Source: Nemertoderma westbladi
Lineage: Eukaryota > Animalia > Xenacoelomorpha
Length of the DNA stretch: 64,000 nt
Reading direction: 5' to 3'
Assembly (NCBI GenBank): GCA_032718475.1
Contig: JAUCBJ010002800.1
Location: 62,001 to 126,000, forward strand
The first letter of the stretch is position 1. Each line of letters opens with the position of its first letter. The position numbers and the translations under genes were made by a program. Shown piece after piece: positions 14,201 through 29,200 of the stretch. The notes beneath the pieces are model-generated. The model was not told the origin of the DNA. It saw only the letters and a program-made list of their open reading frames with translations, and ran no database searches.

Positions 14201-17200
14201 AGTTATATTGGCTACCCATGGAGTAATTAAAGTTATATTAGCTACTCCGTAATTAAAGTTATATTGGCTACCCATGGAGTAATTAAAGTTATATTGGCTA
14301 CCCATGGAGTAATTAAAGTTATATTGGCTACCCATGGAGTAATTAAAGTTATATTAGCTACTCCGTAATTAAAGTTATATTGGCTACCCATGGAGTAATT
14401 AAAGTTATATTGGCTACCCATGGAGTAATTAAAGTTATATTGGTTACCCATGGAGTAATTAAAGTTATATTGGTTACCCATGGAGTAATTAAAGTTATAT
14501 TGGTTACCCATGGAGTAATTAAAGTTATATTGGTTACCCATGGAGTAATTAAAGTTATATTGGCTACCCATGGAGTAATTAAAGTTATATTGGTTACCCA
14601 AGGAGTAATTAAAGTTATATTGGCTACCCATGGAGTAATTAAAGTTATATTGGCTACCCATGGAGTAATTAAAGTTATATTAGCTACTCCGTAATTAAAG
14701 TTATATTGGCTACCCATGGAGTAATTAAAGTTATATTGGCTACCCAAGGAGTAATTAAAGTTATATTAGCTACTCCGTAATTAAAGTTATATTGGCTACT
14801 CCGTAATTAAAGTTATATTGGCTACCCAAGGAGTAATTAAAGTTATTGGCTACCCATGGAGTAATTAAAGTTATATTGGCTACCCATGGAGTAATTAAAG
14901 TTATATTGGCTACCCATGGAGTAATTAAAGTTATATTGGCTACCCATGGAGTAATTAAAGTTATATTGGTTACCCATGGAGTAATTAAAGTTATATTGGT
15001 TACCCATGGAGTAATTAAAGTTATATTGGTTACCCATGGAGTAATTAAAGTTATATTGGTTACCCATGGAGTAATTAAAGTTATATTGGCTACCCATGGA
15101 GTAATTAAAGTTATATTGGTTACCCAAGGAGTAATTAAAGTTATATTGGCTACCCATGGAGTAATTAAAGTTATATTGGCTACCCATGGAGTAATTAAAG
15201 TTATATTAGCTACTCCGTAATTAAAGTTATATTGGCTACCCATGGAGTAATTAAAGTTATATTGGCTACCCAAGGAGTAATTAAAGTTATATTAGCTACT
15301 CCGTAATTAAAGTTATATTGGCTACTCCGTAATTAAAGTTATATTGGCTACCCAAGGAGTAATTAAAGTTATTGGCTACCCATGGAGTAATTAAAGTTAT
15401 ATTGGCTACCCATGGAGTAATTAAAGTTATATTGGCTACCCATGGAGTAATTAAAGTTATATTGGCTACCCATGGAGTAATTAAAGTTATATTGGCTGCA
15501 CATGGAGTAATTAAAGTTATATTGGCTACCCATGGAGTAATTAAAGTTATATTGGCTACCCATGGAGTAATTAAAGTTATATTGGCTACCCAAGGAGTAA
15601 TTAAAGTTATATTAGCTACTCCGTAATTAAAGTTATATTGGTTACCCAAGGAGTAATTAAAGTTATATTGGCTACCCATGGAGTAATTAAAGTTATATTG
15701 GCTACCCATGGAGTAATTAAAGTTATATTGGCTACCCATGGAGTAACTAAAGTTATATGAGCTACTCCGTAATTAAAGTTATATTGGTTACCCATGGAGT
15801 AATTAAAGTTATATTGGCTACCCATGGAGTAATTAAAGTTATATTGGCTACCCATGGAGTAATTAAAGTTATATTGGCTACCCATGGAGTAATTAAAGTT
15901 ATATTAGCTACTCCGTAATTAAAGTTATATTGGTTACCCATGGAGTAATTAAAGTTATATTGGCTACCCATGGAGTAACTAAAGTTATATGAGCTACTCC
16001 GTAATTAAAGTTATATTGGTTACCCATGGAGTAATTAAAGTTATATTGGCTACCCATGGAGTAATTAAAGTTATATTAGCTACTCCGTAATTAAAGTTAT
16101 ATTGGCTACCCATGGAGTAATTAAAGTTATTGGCTACCCATGGAGTAATTAAAGTTATATTAGCTACTCCGTAATTAAAGTTATATTGGCTACCCATGGA
16201 GTAATTAAAGTTATATTAGCTACTCCGTAATTAAAGTTATATTGGCTACCCATGGAGTAATTAAAGTTATATTGGCTACCCAAGGAGTAATTAAAGTTAT
16301 ATCGGCTACCCATGGAGTAATTAAAGTTATATTGGCTACTCCGTAATTAAAGTTATATTAGCTACTCCGTAATTAAAGTTTTATTGGTTACCCATGGAGT
16401 AATTAAAGTTATATTGGTTACCCATGGAGTAATTAAAGTTATATTGGTTACCCATGGAGTAATTAAAGTTATATTGGCTACCCATGGAGTAATTAAAGTT
16501 ATATTGGTTACCCAAGGAGTAATTAAAGTTATATTGGCTACCCATGGAGTAATTAAAGTTATATTGGCTACCCATGGAGTAATTAAAGTTATATTAGCTA
16601 CTCCGTAATTAAAGTTATATTGGCTACCCATGGAGTAATTAAAGTTATATTGGCTACCCATGGAGTAATTAAAGTTATATTGGCTACCCATGGAGTAATT
16701 AAAGTTATATTAGCTACTCCGTAATTAAAGTTATATTGGCTACCCATGGAGTAATTAAAGTTATATTGGCTACCCATGGAGTAATTAAAGTTATATTGGT
16801 TACCCATGGAGTAATTAAAGTTATATTGGTTACCCATGGAGTAATTAAAGTTATATTGGTTACCCATGGAGTAATTAAAGTTATATTGGTTACCCATGGA
16901 GTAATTAAAGTTATATTGGCTACCCATGGAGTAATTAAAGTTATATTGGTTACCCAAGGAGTAATTAAAGTTATATTGGCTACCCATGGAGTAATTAAAG
17001 TTATATTGGTTACCCATGGAGTAATTAAAGTTATATTGGTTACCCATGGAGTAATTAAAGTTATATTGGTTACCCATGGAGTAATTAAAGTTATATTGGT
17101 TACCCATGGAGTAATTAAAGTTATATTGGTTACCCATGGAGTAATTAAAGTTATATTGGCTACCCATGGAGTAATTAAAGTTATATTGGTTACCCAAGGA

Positions 17201-20200
17201 GTAATTAAAGTTATATTGGCTACCCATGGAGTAATTAAAGTTATATTGGCTACCCATGGAGTAATTAAAGTTATATTAGCTACTCCGTAATTAAAGTTAT
17301 ATTGGCTACCCATGGAGTAATTAAAGTTATATTGGCTACCCATGGAGTAATTAAAGTTATATTGGCTACCCATGGAGTAATTAAAGTTATATTAGCTACT
17401 CCGTAATTAAAGTTATATTGGCTACCCATGGAGTAATTAAAGTTATATTGGCTACCCATGGAGTAATTAAAGTTATATTGGTTACCCATGGAGTAATTAA
17501 AGTTATATTGGTTACCCATGGAGTAATTAAAGTTATATTGGTTACCCATGGAGTAATTAAAGTTATATTGGTTACCCATGGAGTAATTAAAGTTATATTG
17601 GCTACCCATGGAGTAATTAAAGTTATATTGGTTACCCAAGGAGTAATTAAAGTTATATTGGCTACCCATGGAGTAATTAAAGTTATATTGGCTACCCATG
17701 GAGTAATTAAAGTTATATTAGCTACTCCGTAATTAAAGTTATATTGGCTACCCATGGAGTAATTAAAGTTATATTGGCTACCCAAGGAGTAATTAAAGTT
17801 ATATTAGCTACTCCGTAATTAAAGTTATATTGGCTACCCATGGAGTAATTAAAGTTATATTGGCTACCCAAGGAGTAATTAAAGTTATATTAGCTACTCC
17901 GTAATTAAAGTTATATTGGCTACTCCGTAATTAAAGTTATATTGGCTACCCAAGGAGTAATTAAAGTTATTGGCTACCCATGGAGTAATTAAAGTTATAT
18001 TGGCTACCCATGGAGTAATTAAAGTTATATTGGCTACCCATGGAGTAATTAAAGTTATATTGGCTACCCATGGAGTAATTAAAGTTATATTGGCTGCACA
18101 TGGAGTAATTAAAGTTATATTGGCTACCCATGGAGTAATTAAAGTTATATTGGCTACCCATGGAGTAATTAAAGTTATATTGGCTACCCAAGGAGTAATT
18201 AAAGTTATATTAGCTACTCCGTAATTAAAGTTATATTGGTTACCCAAGGAGTAATTAAAGTTATATTGGCTACCCATGGAGTAATTAAAGTTATATTGGC
18301 TACCCATGGAGTAATTAAAGTTATATTGGCTACCCATGGAGTAACTAAAGTTATATGAGCTACTCCGTAATTAAAGTTATATTGGTTACCCATGGAGTAA
18401 TTAAAGTTATATTGGCTACCCATGGAGTAATTAAAGTTATATTGGCTACCCATGGAGTAATTAAAGTTATATTGGCTACCCATGGAGTAATTAAAGTTAT
18501 ATTAGCTACTCCGTAATTAAAGTTATATTGGTTACCCATGGAGTAATTAAAGTTATATTGGCTACCCATGGAGTAACTAAAGTTATATGAGCTACTCCGT
18601 AATTAAAGTTATATTGGTTACCCATGGAGTAATTAAAGTTATATTGGCTACCCATGGAGTAATTAAAGTTATATTAGCTACTCCGTAATTAAAGTTATAT
18701 TGGCTACCCATGGAGTAATTAAAGTTATTGGCTACCCATGGAGTAATTAAAGTTATATTAGCTACTCCGTAATTAAAGTTATATTGGCTACCCATGGAGT
18801 AATTAAAGTTATATTAGCTACTCCGTAATTAAAGTTATATTGGCTACCCATGGAGTAATTAAAGTTATATTGGCTACCCAAGGAGTAATTAAAGTTATAT
18901 CGGCTACCCATGGAGTAATTAAAGTTATATTGGCTACTCCGTAATTAAAGTTATATTAGCTACTCCGTAATTAAAGTTTTATTGGTTACCCATGGAGTAA
19001 TTAAAGTTATATTGGTTACCCATGGAGTAATTAAAGTTATATTGGTTACCCATGGAGTAATTAAAGTTATATTGGCTACCCATGGAGTAATTAAAGTTAT
19101 ATTGGTTACCCAAGGAGTAATTAAAGTTATATTGGCTACCCATGGAGTAATTAAAGTTATATTGGCTACCCATGGAGTAATTAAAGTTATATTAGCTACT
19201 CCGTAATTAAAGTTATATTGGCTACCCATGGAGTAATTAAAGTTATATTGGCTACCCATGGAGTAATTAAAGTTATATTGGCTACCCATGGAGTAATTAA
19301 AGTTATATTAGCTACTCCGTAATTAAAGTTATATTGGCTACCCATGGAGTAATTAAAGTTATATTGGCTACCCATGGAGTAATTAAAGTTATATTGGTTA
19401 CCCATGGAGTAATTAAAGTTATATTGGTTACCCATGGAGTAATTAAAGTTATATTGGTTACCCATGGAGTAATTAAAGTTATATTGGTTACCCATGGAGT
19501 AATTAAAGTTATATTGGCTACCCATGGAGTAATTAAAGTTATATTGGTTACCCAAGGAGTAATTAAAGTTATATTGGCTACCCATGGAGTAATTAAAGTT
19601 ATATTGGTTACCCATGGAGTAATTAAAGTTATATTGGTTACCCATGGAGTAATTAAAGTTATATTGGTTACCCATGGAGTAATTAAAGTTATATTGGTTA
19701 CCCATGGAGTAATTAAAGTTATATTGGTTACCCATGGAGTAATTAAAGTTATATTGGCTACCCATGGAGTAATTAAAGTTATATTGGTTACCCAAGGAGT
19801 AATTAAAGTTATATTGGCTACCCATGGAGTAATTAAAGTTATATTGGCTACCCATGGAGTAATTAAAGTTATATTAGCTACTCCGTAATTAAAGTTATAT
19901 TGGCTACCCATGGAGTAATTAAAGTTATATTGGCTACCCATGGAGTAATTAAAGTTATATTGGCTACCCATGGAGTAATTAAAGTTATATTAGCTACTCC
20001 GTAATTAAAGTTATATTGGCTACCCATGGAGTAATTAAAGTTATATTGGCTACCCATGGAGTAATTAAAGTTATATTGGTTACCCATGGAGTAATTAAAG
20101 TTATATTGGTTACCCATGGAGTAATTAAAGTTATATTGGTTACCCATGGAGTAATTAAAGTTATATTGGTTACCCATGGAGTAATTAAAGTTATATTGGC

Positions 20201-23200
20201 TACCCATGGAGTAATTAAAGTTATATTGGTTACCCAAGGAGTAATTAAAGTTATATTGGCTACCCATGGAGTAATTAAAGTTATATTGGCTACCCATGGA
20301 GTAATTAAAGTTATATTAGCTACTCCGTAATTAAAGTTATATTGGCTACCCATGGAGTAATTAAAGTTATATTGGCTACCCAAGGAGTAATTAAAGTTAT
20401 ATTAGCTACTCCGTAATTAAAGTTATATTGGCTACCCATGGAGTAATTAAAGTTATATTGGCTACCCAAGGAGTAATTAAAGTTATATTGGCTACTCCGT
20501 AATTAAAGTTATATTGGCTACCCAAGGAGTAATTAAAGTTATTGGCTACCCATGGAGTAATTAAAGTTATATTGGCTACCCATGGAGTAATTAAAGTTAT
20601 ATTGGCTACCCATGGAGTAATTAAAGTTATATTGGCTACCCATGGAGTAATTAAAGTTATATTGGCTGCACATGGAGTAATTAAAGTTATATTGGCTACC
20701 CATGGAGTAATTAAAGTTATATTGGCTACCCATGGAGTAATTAAAGTTATATTGGCTACCCAAGGAGTAATTAAAGTTATATTAGCTACTCCGTAATTAA
20801 AGTTATATTGGTTACCCAAGGAGTAATTAAAGTTATATTGGCTACCCATGGAGTAATTAAAGTTATATTGGCTACCCATGGAGTAATTAAAGTTATATTG
20901 GCTACCCATGGAGTAACTAAAGTTATATGAGCTACTCCGTAATTAAAGTTATATTGGTTACCCATGGAGTAATTAAAGTTATATTGGCTACCCATGGAGT
21001 AATTAAAGTTATATTGGCTACCCATGGAGTAATTAAAGTTATATTGGCTACCCATGGAGTAATTAAAGTTATATTAGCTACTCCGTAATTAAAGTTATAT
21101 TGGTTACCCATGGAGTAATTAAAGTTATATTGGCTACCCATGGAGTAACTAAAGTTATATGAGCTACTCCGTAATTAAAGTTATATTGGTTACCCATGGA
21201 GTAATTAAAGTTATATTGGCTACCCATGGAGTAATTAAAGTTATATTAGCTACTCCGTAATTAAAGTTATATTGGCTACCCATGGAGTAATTAAAGTTAT
21301 TGGCTACCCATGGAGTAATTAAAGTTATATTAGCTACTCCGTAATTAAAGTTATATTGGCTACCCATGGAGTAATTAAAGTTATATTAGCTACTCCGTAA
21401 TTAAAGTTATATTGGCTACCCATGGAGTAATTAAAGTTATATTGGCTACCCAAGGAGTAATTAAAGTTATATCGGCTACCCATGGAGTAATTAAAGTTAT
21501 ATTGGCTACTCCGTAATTAAAGTTATATTAGCTACTCCGTAATTAAAGTTTTATTGGTTACCCATGGAGTAATTAAAGTTATATTGGCTACTCCGTAATT
21601 AAAGTTATATTAGCTACTCCGTAATTAAAGTTATATTAGCTACTCCGTAATTAAAGTTATATTGGCTACCCAAGGAGTAATTAAAGTTATATTGGTTACC
21701 CATGGAGTAATTAAAGTTATATTAGCTACTCCGTAATTAAAGTTATATTGGCTACCCAAGGAGTAATTAAAGTTATATTGGCTACCCAAGGAGTAATTAA
21801 AGTTATATTGGTTACCCATGGAGTAATTAAAGTTATATTAGCTACTCCGTAATTAAAGTTATATTGGCTACCCAAGGAGTAATTAAAGTTATATTGGCTA
21901 CCCAAGGAGTAATTAAAGTTATATTGGTTACCCATGGAGTAATTAAAGTTATATTAGCTACTCCGTAATTAAAGTTATATTGGCTACCCAAGGAGTAATT
22001 AAAGTTATATTGGTTACCCATGGAGTAATTAAAGTTATATTAGCTACTCCGTAATTAAAGTTATATTGGCTACACATGGAGTAATTAAAGTTATATTGGC
22101 TGCCCATGGAGTAATTAAAGTTATATTGGCTACCCATGGAGTAATTAAAGTTATATTAGCTACTCCGTAATTAAAGTTATATTGGCTACCCATGGAGTAA
22201 TTAAAGTTATATTGGCTACCCATGGAGTAATTAAAGTTATATTTGTTACCCATGGAGTAATTAAAGTTATATTAGCTACTCCGTAATTAAAGTTATATTG
22301 GCTACCCATGGAGTAATTAAAGTTATATTGGCTACCCATGGAGTAATTAAAGTTATATTAGCTACTCCGTAATTAAAGTTATATTGGCTACCCAAGGAGT
22401 AATTAAAGTTATATTAGCTACTCCGTAATTAAAGTTATATTGGCTACCCATGGAGTAATTAAAGTTATATTAGCTACTCCGTAATTAAAGTTATATTGGC
22501 TACCCATGGAGTAATTAAAGTTATATTGGCTGCCCATGGAGTAATTAAAGTTATATTGGCTACCCATGGAGTAATTAAAGTTATATTAGCTACTCCGTAA
22601 TTAAAGTTATATTGGCTACCCAAGGAGTAATTAAAGTTATATTGGCTACCCATGGAGTAATTAAAGTTATATTGGCTACCCATGGAGTAATTAAAGTTAT
22701 ATTAGCTACTCCGTAATTAAAGTTATATTGGCTACCCATGGAGTAATTAAAGTTATATTGGCTACCCATGGAGTAATTAAAGTTATATTAGCTACTCCGT
22801 AATTAAAGTTATATTGGCTACCCATGGAGTAATTAAAGTTATATTGGCTAGCCATGGAGTAATTAAAGTTATATTGGCTACCCGTGGAGTAATTAAAGTT
22901 ATATTTGTTACCCAAGGAGTAATTAAAGTTATATTAGCTACTCCGTAATTAAAGTTATATTGGCTACCCATGGAGTAATTAAAGTTATATTGGCTACCCA
23001 TGGAGAAATTAAAGTTATATTGGCTACCCATGGAGTAATTAAAGTTATATTGGTTACCCATGGAGTAATTAAAGTTATATTGGTTACCCATGGAGTAATT
23101 AAAGTTATATTAGCTACTCCGTAATTAAAGTTATATTGGTTACCCATGGAGTAATTAAAGTTATATTGGCTACCCATGGAGTAATTAAAGTTATATTGGT

Positions 23201-26200
23201 TACCCATGGAGTAATTAAAGTTATATTTGTTACCCATGGAGTAATTAAAGTTATATTAGCTACTCCGTAATTAAAGTTATATTGGTTACCCATGGAGTAA
23301 TTAAAGTTATATTGGCTACCCATGGAGTAATTAAAGTTATATTGGTTACCCATGGAGTAATTAAAGTTATATTGGTTACCCATGGAGTAATTAAAGTTAT
23401 ATTAGCTACTCCGTAATTAAAGTTATATTGGTTACCCATGGAGTAATTAAAGTTATATTGGCTACCCATGGAGTAATTAAAGTTATATTGGTTACCCATG
23501 GAGTAATTAAAGTTATATTGGTTACCCATGGAGTAATTAAAGTTATATTGGTTACCCATGGAGTAATTAAAGTTATATTGGTTACCCATGGAGTAATTAA
23601 AGTTATATTGGCTACCCATGGAGTAATTAAAGTTATATTGGTTACCCAAGGAGTAATTAAAGTTATATTGGCTACCCATGGAGTAATTAAAGTTATATTG
23701 GCTACCCATGGAGTAATTAAAGTTATATTAGCTACTCCGTAATTAAAGTTATATTGGCTACCCATGGAGTAATTAAAGTTATATTGGCTACCCATGGAGT
23801 AATTAAAGTTATATTGGCTACCCATGGAGTAATTAAAGTTATATTAGCTACTCCGTAATTAAAGTTATATTGGCTACCCATGGAGTAATTAAAGTTATAT
23901 TGGCTACCCATGGAGTAATTAAAGTTATATTGGTTACCCATGGAGTAATTAAAGTTATATTGGTTACCCATGGAGTAATTAAAGTTATATTGGTTACCCA
24001 TGGAGTAATTAAAGTTATATTGGTTACCCATGGAGTAATTAAAGTTATATTGGCTACCCATGGAGTAATTAAAGTTATATTGGTTACCCAAGGAGTAATT
24101 AAAGTTATATTGGCTACCCATGGAGTAATTAAAGTTATATTGGCTACCCATGGAGTAATTAAAGTTATATTAGCTACTCCGTAATTAAAGTTATATTGGC
24201 TACCCATGGAGTAATTAAAGTTATATTGGCTACCCATGGAGTAATTAAAGTTATATTGGCTACCCATGGAGTAATTAAAGTTATATTGGCTACCCATGGA
24301 GTAATTAAAGTTATATTGGCTACCCAAGGAGTAATTAAAGTTATATTGGCTACCCAAGGAGTAATTAAAGTTATATTTGTTACCCAAGGAGTAATTAAAG
24401 TTATATTAGCTACTCCGTAATTAAAGTTATATTAGCTACTCCGTAATTAAAGTTATATTGGCTACCCATGGAGTAATTAAAGTTATATTGGCTACCCATG
24501 GAGTAATTAAAGTTATATTGGCTACCCATGGAGTAATTAAAGTTATATTGGCTACCCATGGAGTAATTAAAGTTATATTGGCTACCCATGGAGTAATTAA
24601 AGTTATATTGGCTACCCATGGAGTAATTAAAGTTATATTGGTTACCCATGGAGTAATTAAAGTTATATTGGCTACCCATGGAGTAATTAAAGTTATATTG
24701 GTTACCCATGGAGTAATTAAAGTTATATTAGCTACTCCGTAATTAAAGTTATATTGGCTACCCATGGAGTAATTAAAGTTATATTGGCTACCCATGGAGT
24801 AATTAAAGTTATATTGGCTACCCAAGGAGTAATTAAAGTTATATTGGCTACCCAAGGAGTAATTAAAGTTATATTTGTTACCCAAGGAGTAATTAAAGTT
24901 ATATTGGCTACCCATGGAGTAATTAAAGTTATATTAGCTACTCCGTAATTAAAGTTATATTGGTTACCCATGGAGTAATTAAAGTTATATTAGCTACTCC
25001 GTAATTAAAGTTATATTAGCTACTCCGTAATTAAAGTTATATTGGCTACCTATGGAGTAATTAAAGTTATATTGGCTACCCATGGAGTAATTAAAGTTAT
25101 ATTGGCTACCCATGGAGTAATTAAAGTTATTGGCTGCCCATGGAGTAATTAAAGTTATATTGGCTACCTATGGAGTAATTAAAGTTATATTGGCTACCCA
25201 TGGAGTAATTAAAGTTATATTGGCTACCCATGGAGTAATTAGAGTGATATTGGCTACCCATGGAGTAATTAAAGTTATTGGCTACCCAAGGAGTAATTAA
25301 AGTTATATTGGCTACCCATGGAGTAATTAAAGTTATATTAGCTACTCCGTAATTAAAGTTATATTGGTTACCCATGGAGTAATTAAAGTTATATTGGCTA
25401 CCCATGGAGTAATTAAAGTTATTGGCTACCCATGGAGTAATTAAAGTTATATTGGCTACCCATGGAGTAATTAAAGTTATATTGGCTACCCATGGAGTAA
25501 TTAAAGTTATTGGCTACCCATGGAGTAATTAAAGTTATATTGGCTACCCATGGAGTAATTAAAGTTATATTGGCTACCCATGGAGTAATTAAAGTTATAT
25601 TGGCTACCCATGGAGTAATTAGAGTGATATTGGCTACCCATGGAGTAATTAAAGTTATTGGCTACCCAAGGAGTAATTAAAGTTATATTGGCTACCCATG
25701 GAGTAATTAAAGTTATTGGCTACCCATGGAGTAATTAAAGTTATATTGGCTACCCATGGAGTAATTAAAGTTATATTGGCTACCCATGGAGTAATTAGAG
25801 TGATATTGGCTACCCATGGAGTAATTAAAGTTATTGGCTACCCAAGGAGTAATTAAAGTTATATTGGCTACCCATGGAGTAATTAAAGTTATATTGGCTA
25901 CCCATGGAGTAATTAAAGTTATATTGGCTACCCATGGAGTAATTAAAGTTATATTGGCTACCCATGGAGTAATTAAAGTTATATTGGCTACCCATGGAGT
26001 AATTAAAGTTATATTGGCTACCCATGGAGTAATTAAAGTTATATTGGTTACCCATGGAGTAATTAAAGTTATATTGGCTACCCATGGAGTAATTAAAGTT
26101 ATATTGGTTACCCATGGAGTAATTAAAGTTATATTAGCTACTCCGTAATTAAAGTTATATTGGCTACCCATGGAGTAATTAAAGTTATATTGGCTACCCA

Positions 26201-29200
26201 TGGAGTAATTAAAGTTATATTGGCTACCCAAGGAGTAATTAAAGTTATATTGGCTACCCAAGGAGTAATTAAAGTTATATTTGTTACCCAAGGAGTAATT
26301 AAAGTTATATTGGCTACCCATGGAGTAATTAAAGTTATATTAGCTACTCCGTAATTAAAGTTATATTGGTTACCCATGGAGTAATTAAAGTTATATTAGC
26401 TACTCCGTAATTAAAGTTATATTAGCTACTCCGTAATTAAAGTTATATTGGCTACCTATGGAGTAATTAAAGTTATATTGGCTACCCATGGAGTAATTAA
26501 AGTTATATTGGCTACCCATGGAGTAATTAAAGTTATTGGCTGCCCATGGAGTAATTAAAGTTATATTGGCTACCTATGGAGTAATTAAAGTTATATTGGC
26601 TACCCATGGAGTAATTAAAGTTATATTGGCTACCCATGGAGTAATTAGAGTGATATTGGCTACCCATGGAGTAATTAAAGTTATTGGCTACCCAAGGAGT
26701 AATTAAAGTTATATTGGCTACCCATGGAGTAATTAAAGTTATATTAGCTACTCCGTAATTAAAGTTATATTGGTTACCCATGGAGTAATTAAAGTTATAT
26801 TGGCTACCCATGGAGTAATTAAAGTTATTGGCTACCCATGGAGTAATTAAAGTTATATTGGCTACCCATGGAGTAATTAAAGTTATATTGGCTACCCATG
26901 GAGTAATTAAAGTTATTGGCTACCCATGGAGTAATTAAAGTTATATTGGCTACCCATGGAGTAATTAAAGTTATATTGGCTACCCATGGAGTAATTAAAG
27001 TTATATTGGCTACCCATGGAGTAATTAGAGTGATATTGGCTACCCATGGAGTAATTAAAGTTATTGGCTACCCAAGGAGTAATTAAAGTTATATTGGCTA
27101 CCCATGGAGTAATTAAAGTTATTGGCTACCCATGGAGTAATTAAAGTTATATTGGCTACCCATGGAGTAATTAAAGTTATATTGGCTACCCATGGAGTAA
27201 TTAGAGTGATATTGGCTACCCATGGAGTAATTAAAGTTATTGGCTACCCAAGGAGTAATTAAAGTTATATTGGCTACCCATGGAGTAATTAAAGTTATAT
27301 TAGCTACTCCGTAATTAAAGTTATATTGGTTACCCATGGAGTAATTAAAGTTATATTGGCTACCCATGGAGTAATTAAAGTTATATTGGCTACCCATGGA
27401 GTAATTAAAGTTATTGGCTACCCATGGAGTAATTAAAGTTATATTGGCTACCCATGGAGTAATTAAAGTTATATTGGCTACCCATGGAGTAATTAAAGTT
27501 ATATTGGCTACCCATGGAGTAATTAGAGTGATATTGGCTACCCATGGAGTAATTAAAGTTATTGGCTACCCAAGGAGTAATTAAAGTTATATTGGCTACC
27601 CATGGAGTAATTAAAGTTATATTAGCTACTCCGTAATTAAAGTTATATTGGTTACCCATGGAGTAATTAAAGTTATATTAGCTACTCCGTAATTAAAGTT
27701 ATATTGGCTACCCATGGAGTAATTAAAGTTATATTGGCTACCCATGGAGTAATTAAAATTATATTGGCTACCCATGGAGTAATTAAAGTTATATTGGCTA
27801 CCCATGGAGTAATTAAAGTTATATTAGCTACTCCGTAATTAAAGTTATATTGGTTACCCATGGAGTAATTAAAGTTATATTAGCTACTCCGTAATTAAAG
27901 TTATATTGGCTACCCATGGAGTAATTAAAGTTATTGGCTACCCAAGGAGTAATTAAAGTTATATTGGCTACCCATGGAGTAATTAAAGTTATATTGGCTA
28001 CCCATGGAGTAATTAAAGTTATATTAGCTACTCCGTAATTAAAGTTATATTGGCTACCCATGGAGTAATTAAAGTTATATTGGCTACCCATGGAGTAATT
28101 AAAGTTATATTGGCTGCCCATGGAGTAATTAAAGTTATATTGGCTACCCATGGAGTAATTAAAGTTATATTAGCTACTCCGTAATTAAAGTTATATTGGC
28201 TACCCATGGAGTAATTAAAGTTATATTGGCTACCCATGGAGTAATTAAAGTTATATTGGCTACCCATGGAGTAATTAAAGTTATATTAGCTACTCCGTAA
28301 TTAAAGTTATATTGGTTACTCATGGAGTAATTAAAGTTATATAGGCTACCCATGGAGTAATTAAAGTTATATTGGCTACCCATGGAGTAATTAAAGTTAT
28401 ATTGGCTACCCATGGAGTAATTAAAGTTATTGGCTACCCAAGGAGTAATTAAAGTTATATTGGCTACCCATGGAGTAATTAAAGTTATATTAGCTACTCC
28501 GTAATTAAAGTTATATTGGCTACCCATGGAGTAATTAAAGTTATATTAGCTACTCCGTAATTAAAGTTATATTGGTTACCCATGGAGTAATTAAAGTTAT
28601 ATTGGTTACCCATGGAGTAATTAAAGTTATATTGGCTACCCATGGAGTAATTAAAGTTATATTGGCTACCCATGGAGTAATTAAAGTTATTGGCTACCCA
28701 AGGAGTAATTAAAGTTATATTGGCTACCCATGGAGTAATTAAAGTTATATTAGCTACTCCGTAATTAAAGTTATATTGGCTACCCATGGAGTAATTAAAG
28801 TTATATTGGCTACCCATGGAGTAATTAAAGTTATTGGCTACCCAAGGAGTAATTAAAGTTATATTGGCTACCCATGGAGTAATTAACGTTATATTAGCTA
28901 CTCCGTAATTAAAGTTATATTGGCTACCCATGGAGTAATTAAAGTTATATTGGCTACCCATGGAGTAATTAAAGTTATATTAGCTACTCCGTAATTAAAG
29001 TTATATTGGCTACCCATGGAGTAATTAAAGTTATATTGGCTACCCAAGGAGTAATTAAAGTTATATTGGCTACCCATGGAGTAATTAAAGTTATATTGGC
29101 TACCCATGGAGTAATTAAAGTTATATTGGCTGCCCATGGAGTAATTAAAGTTATATTGGCTACCCAAGGAGTAATTAAAGTTATATTGGCTACCCATGGA

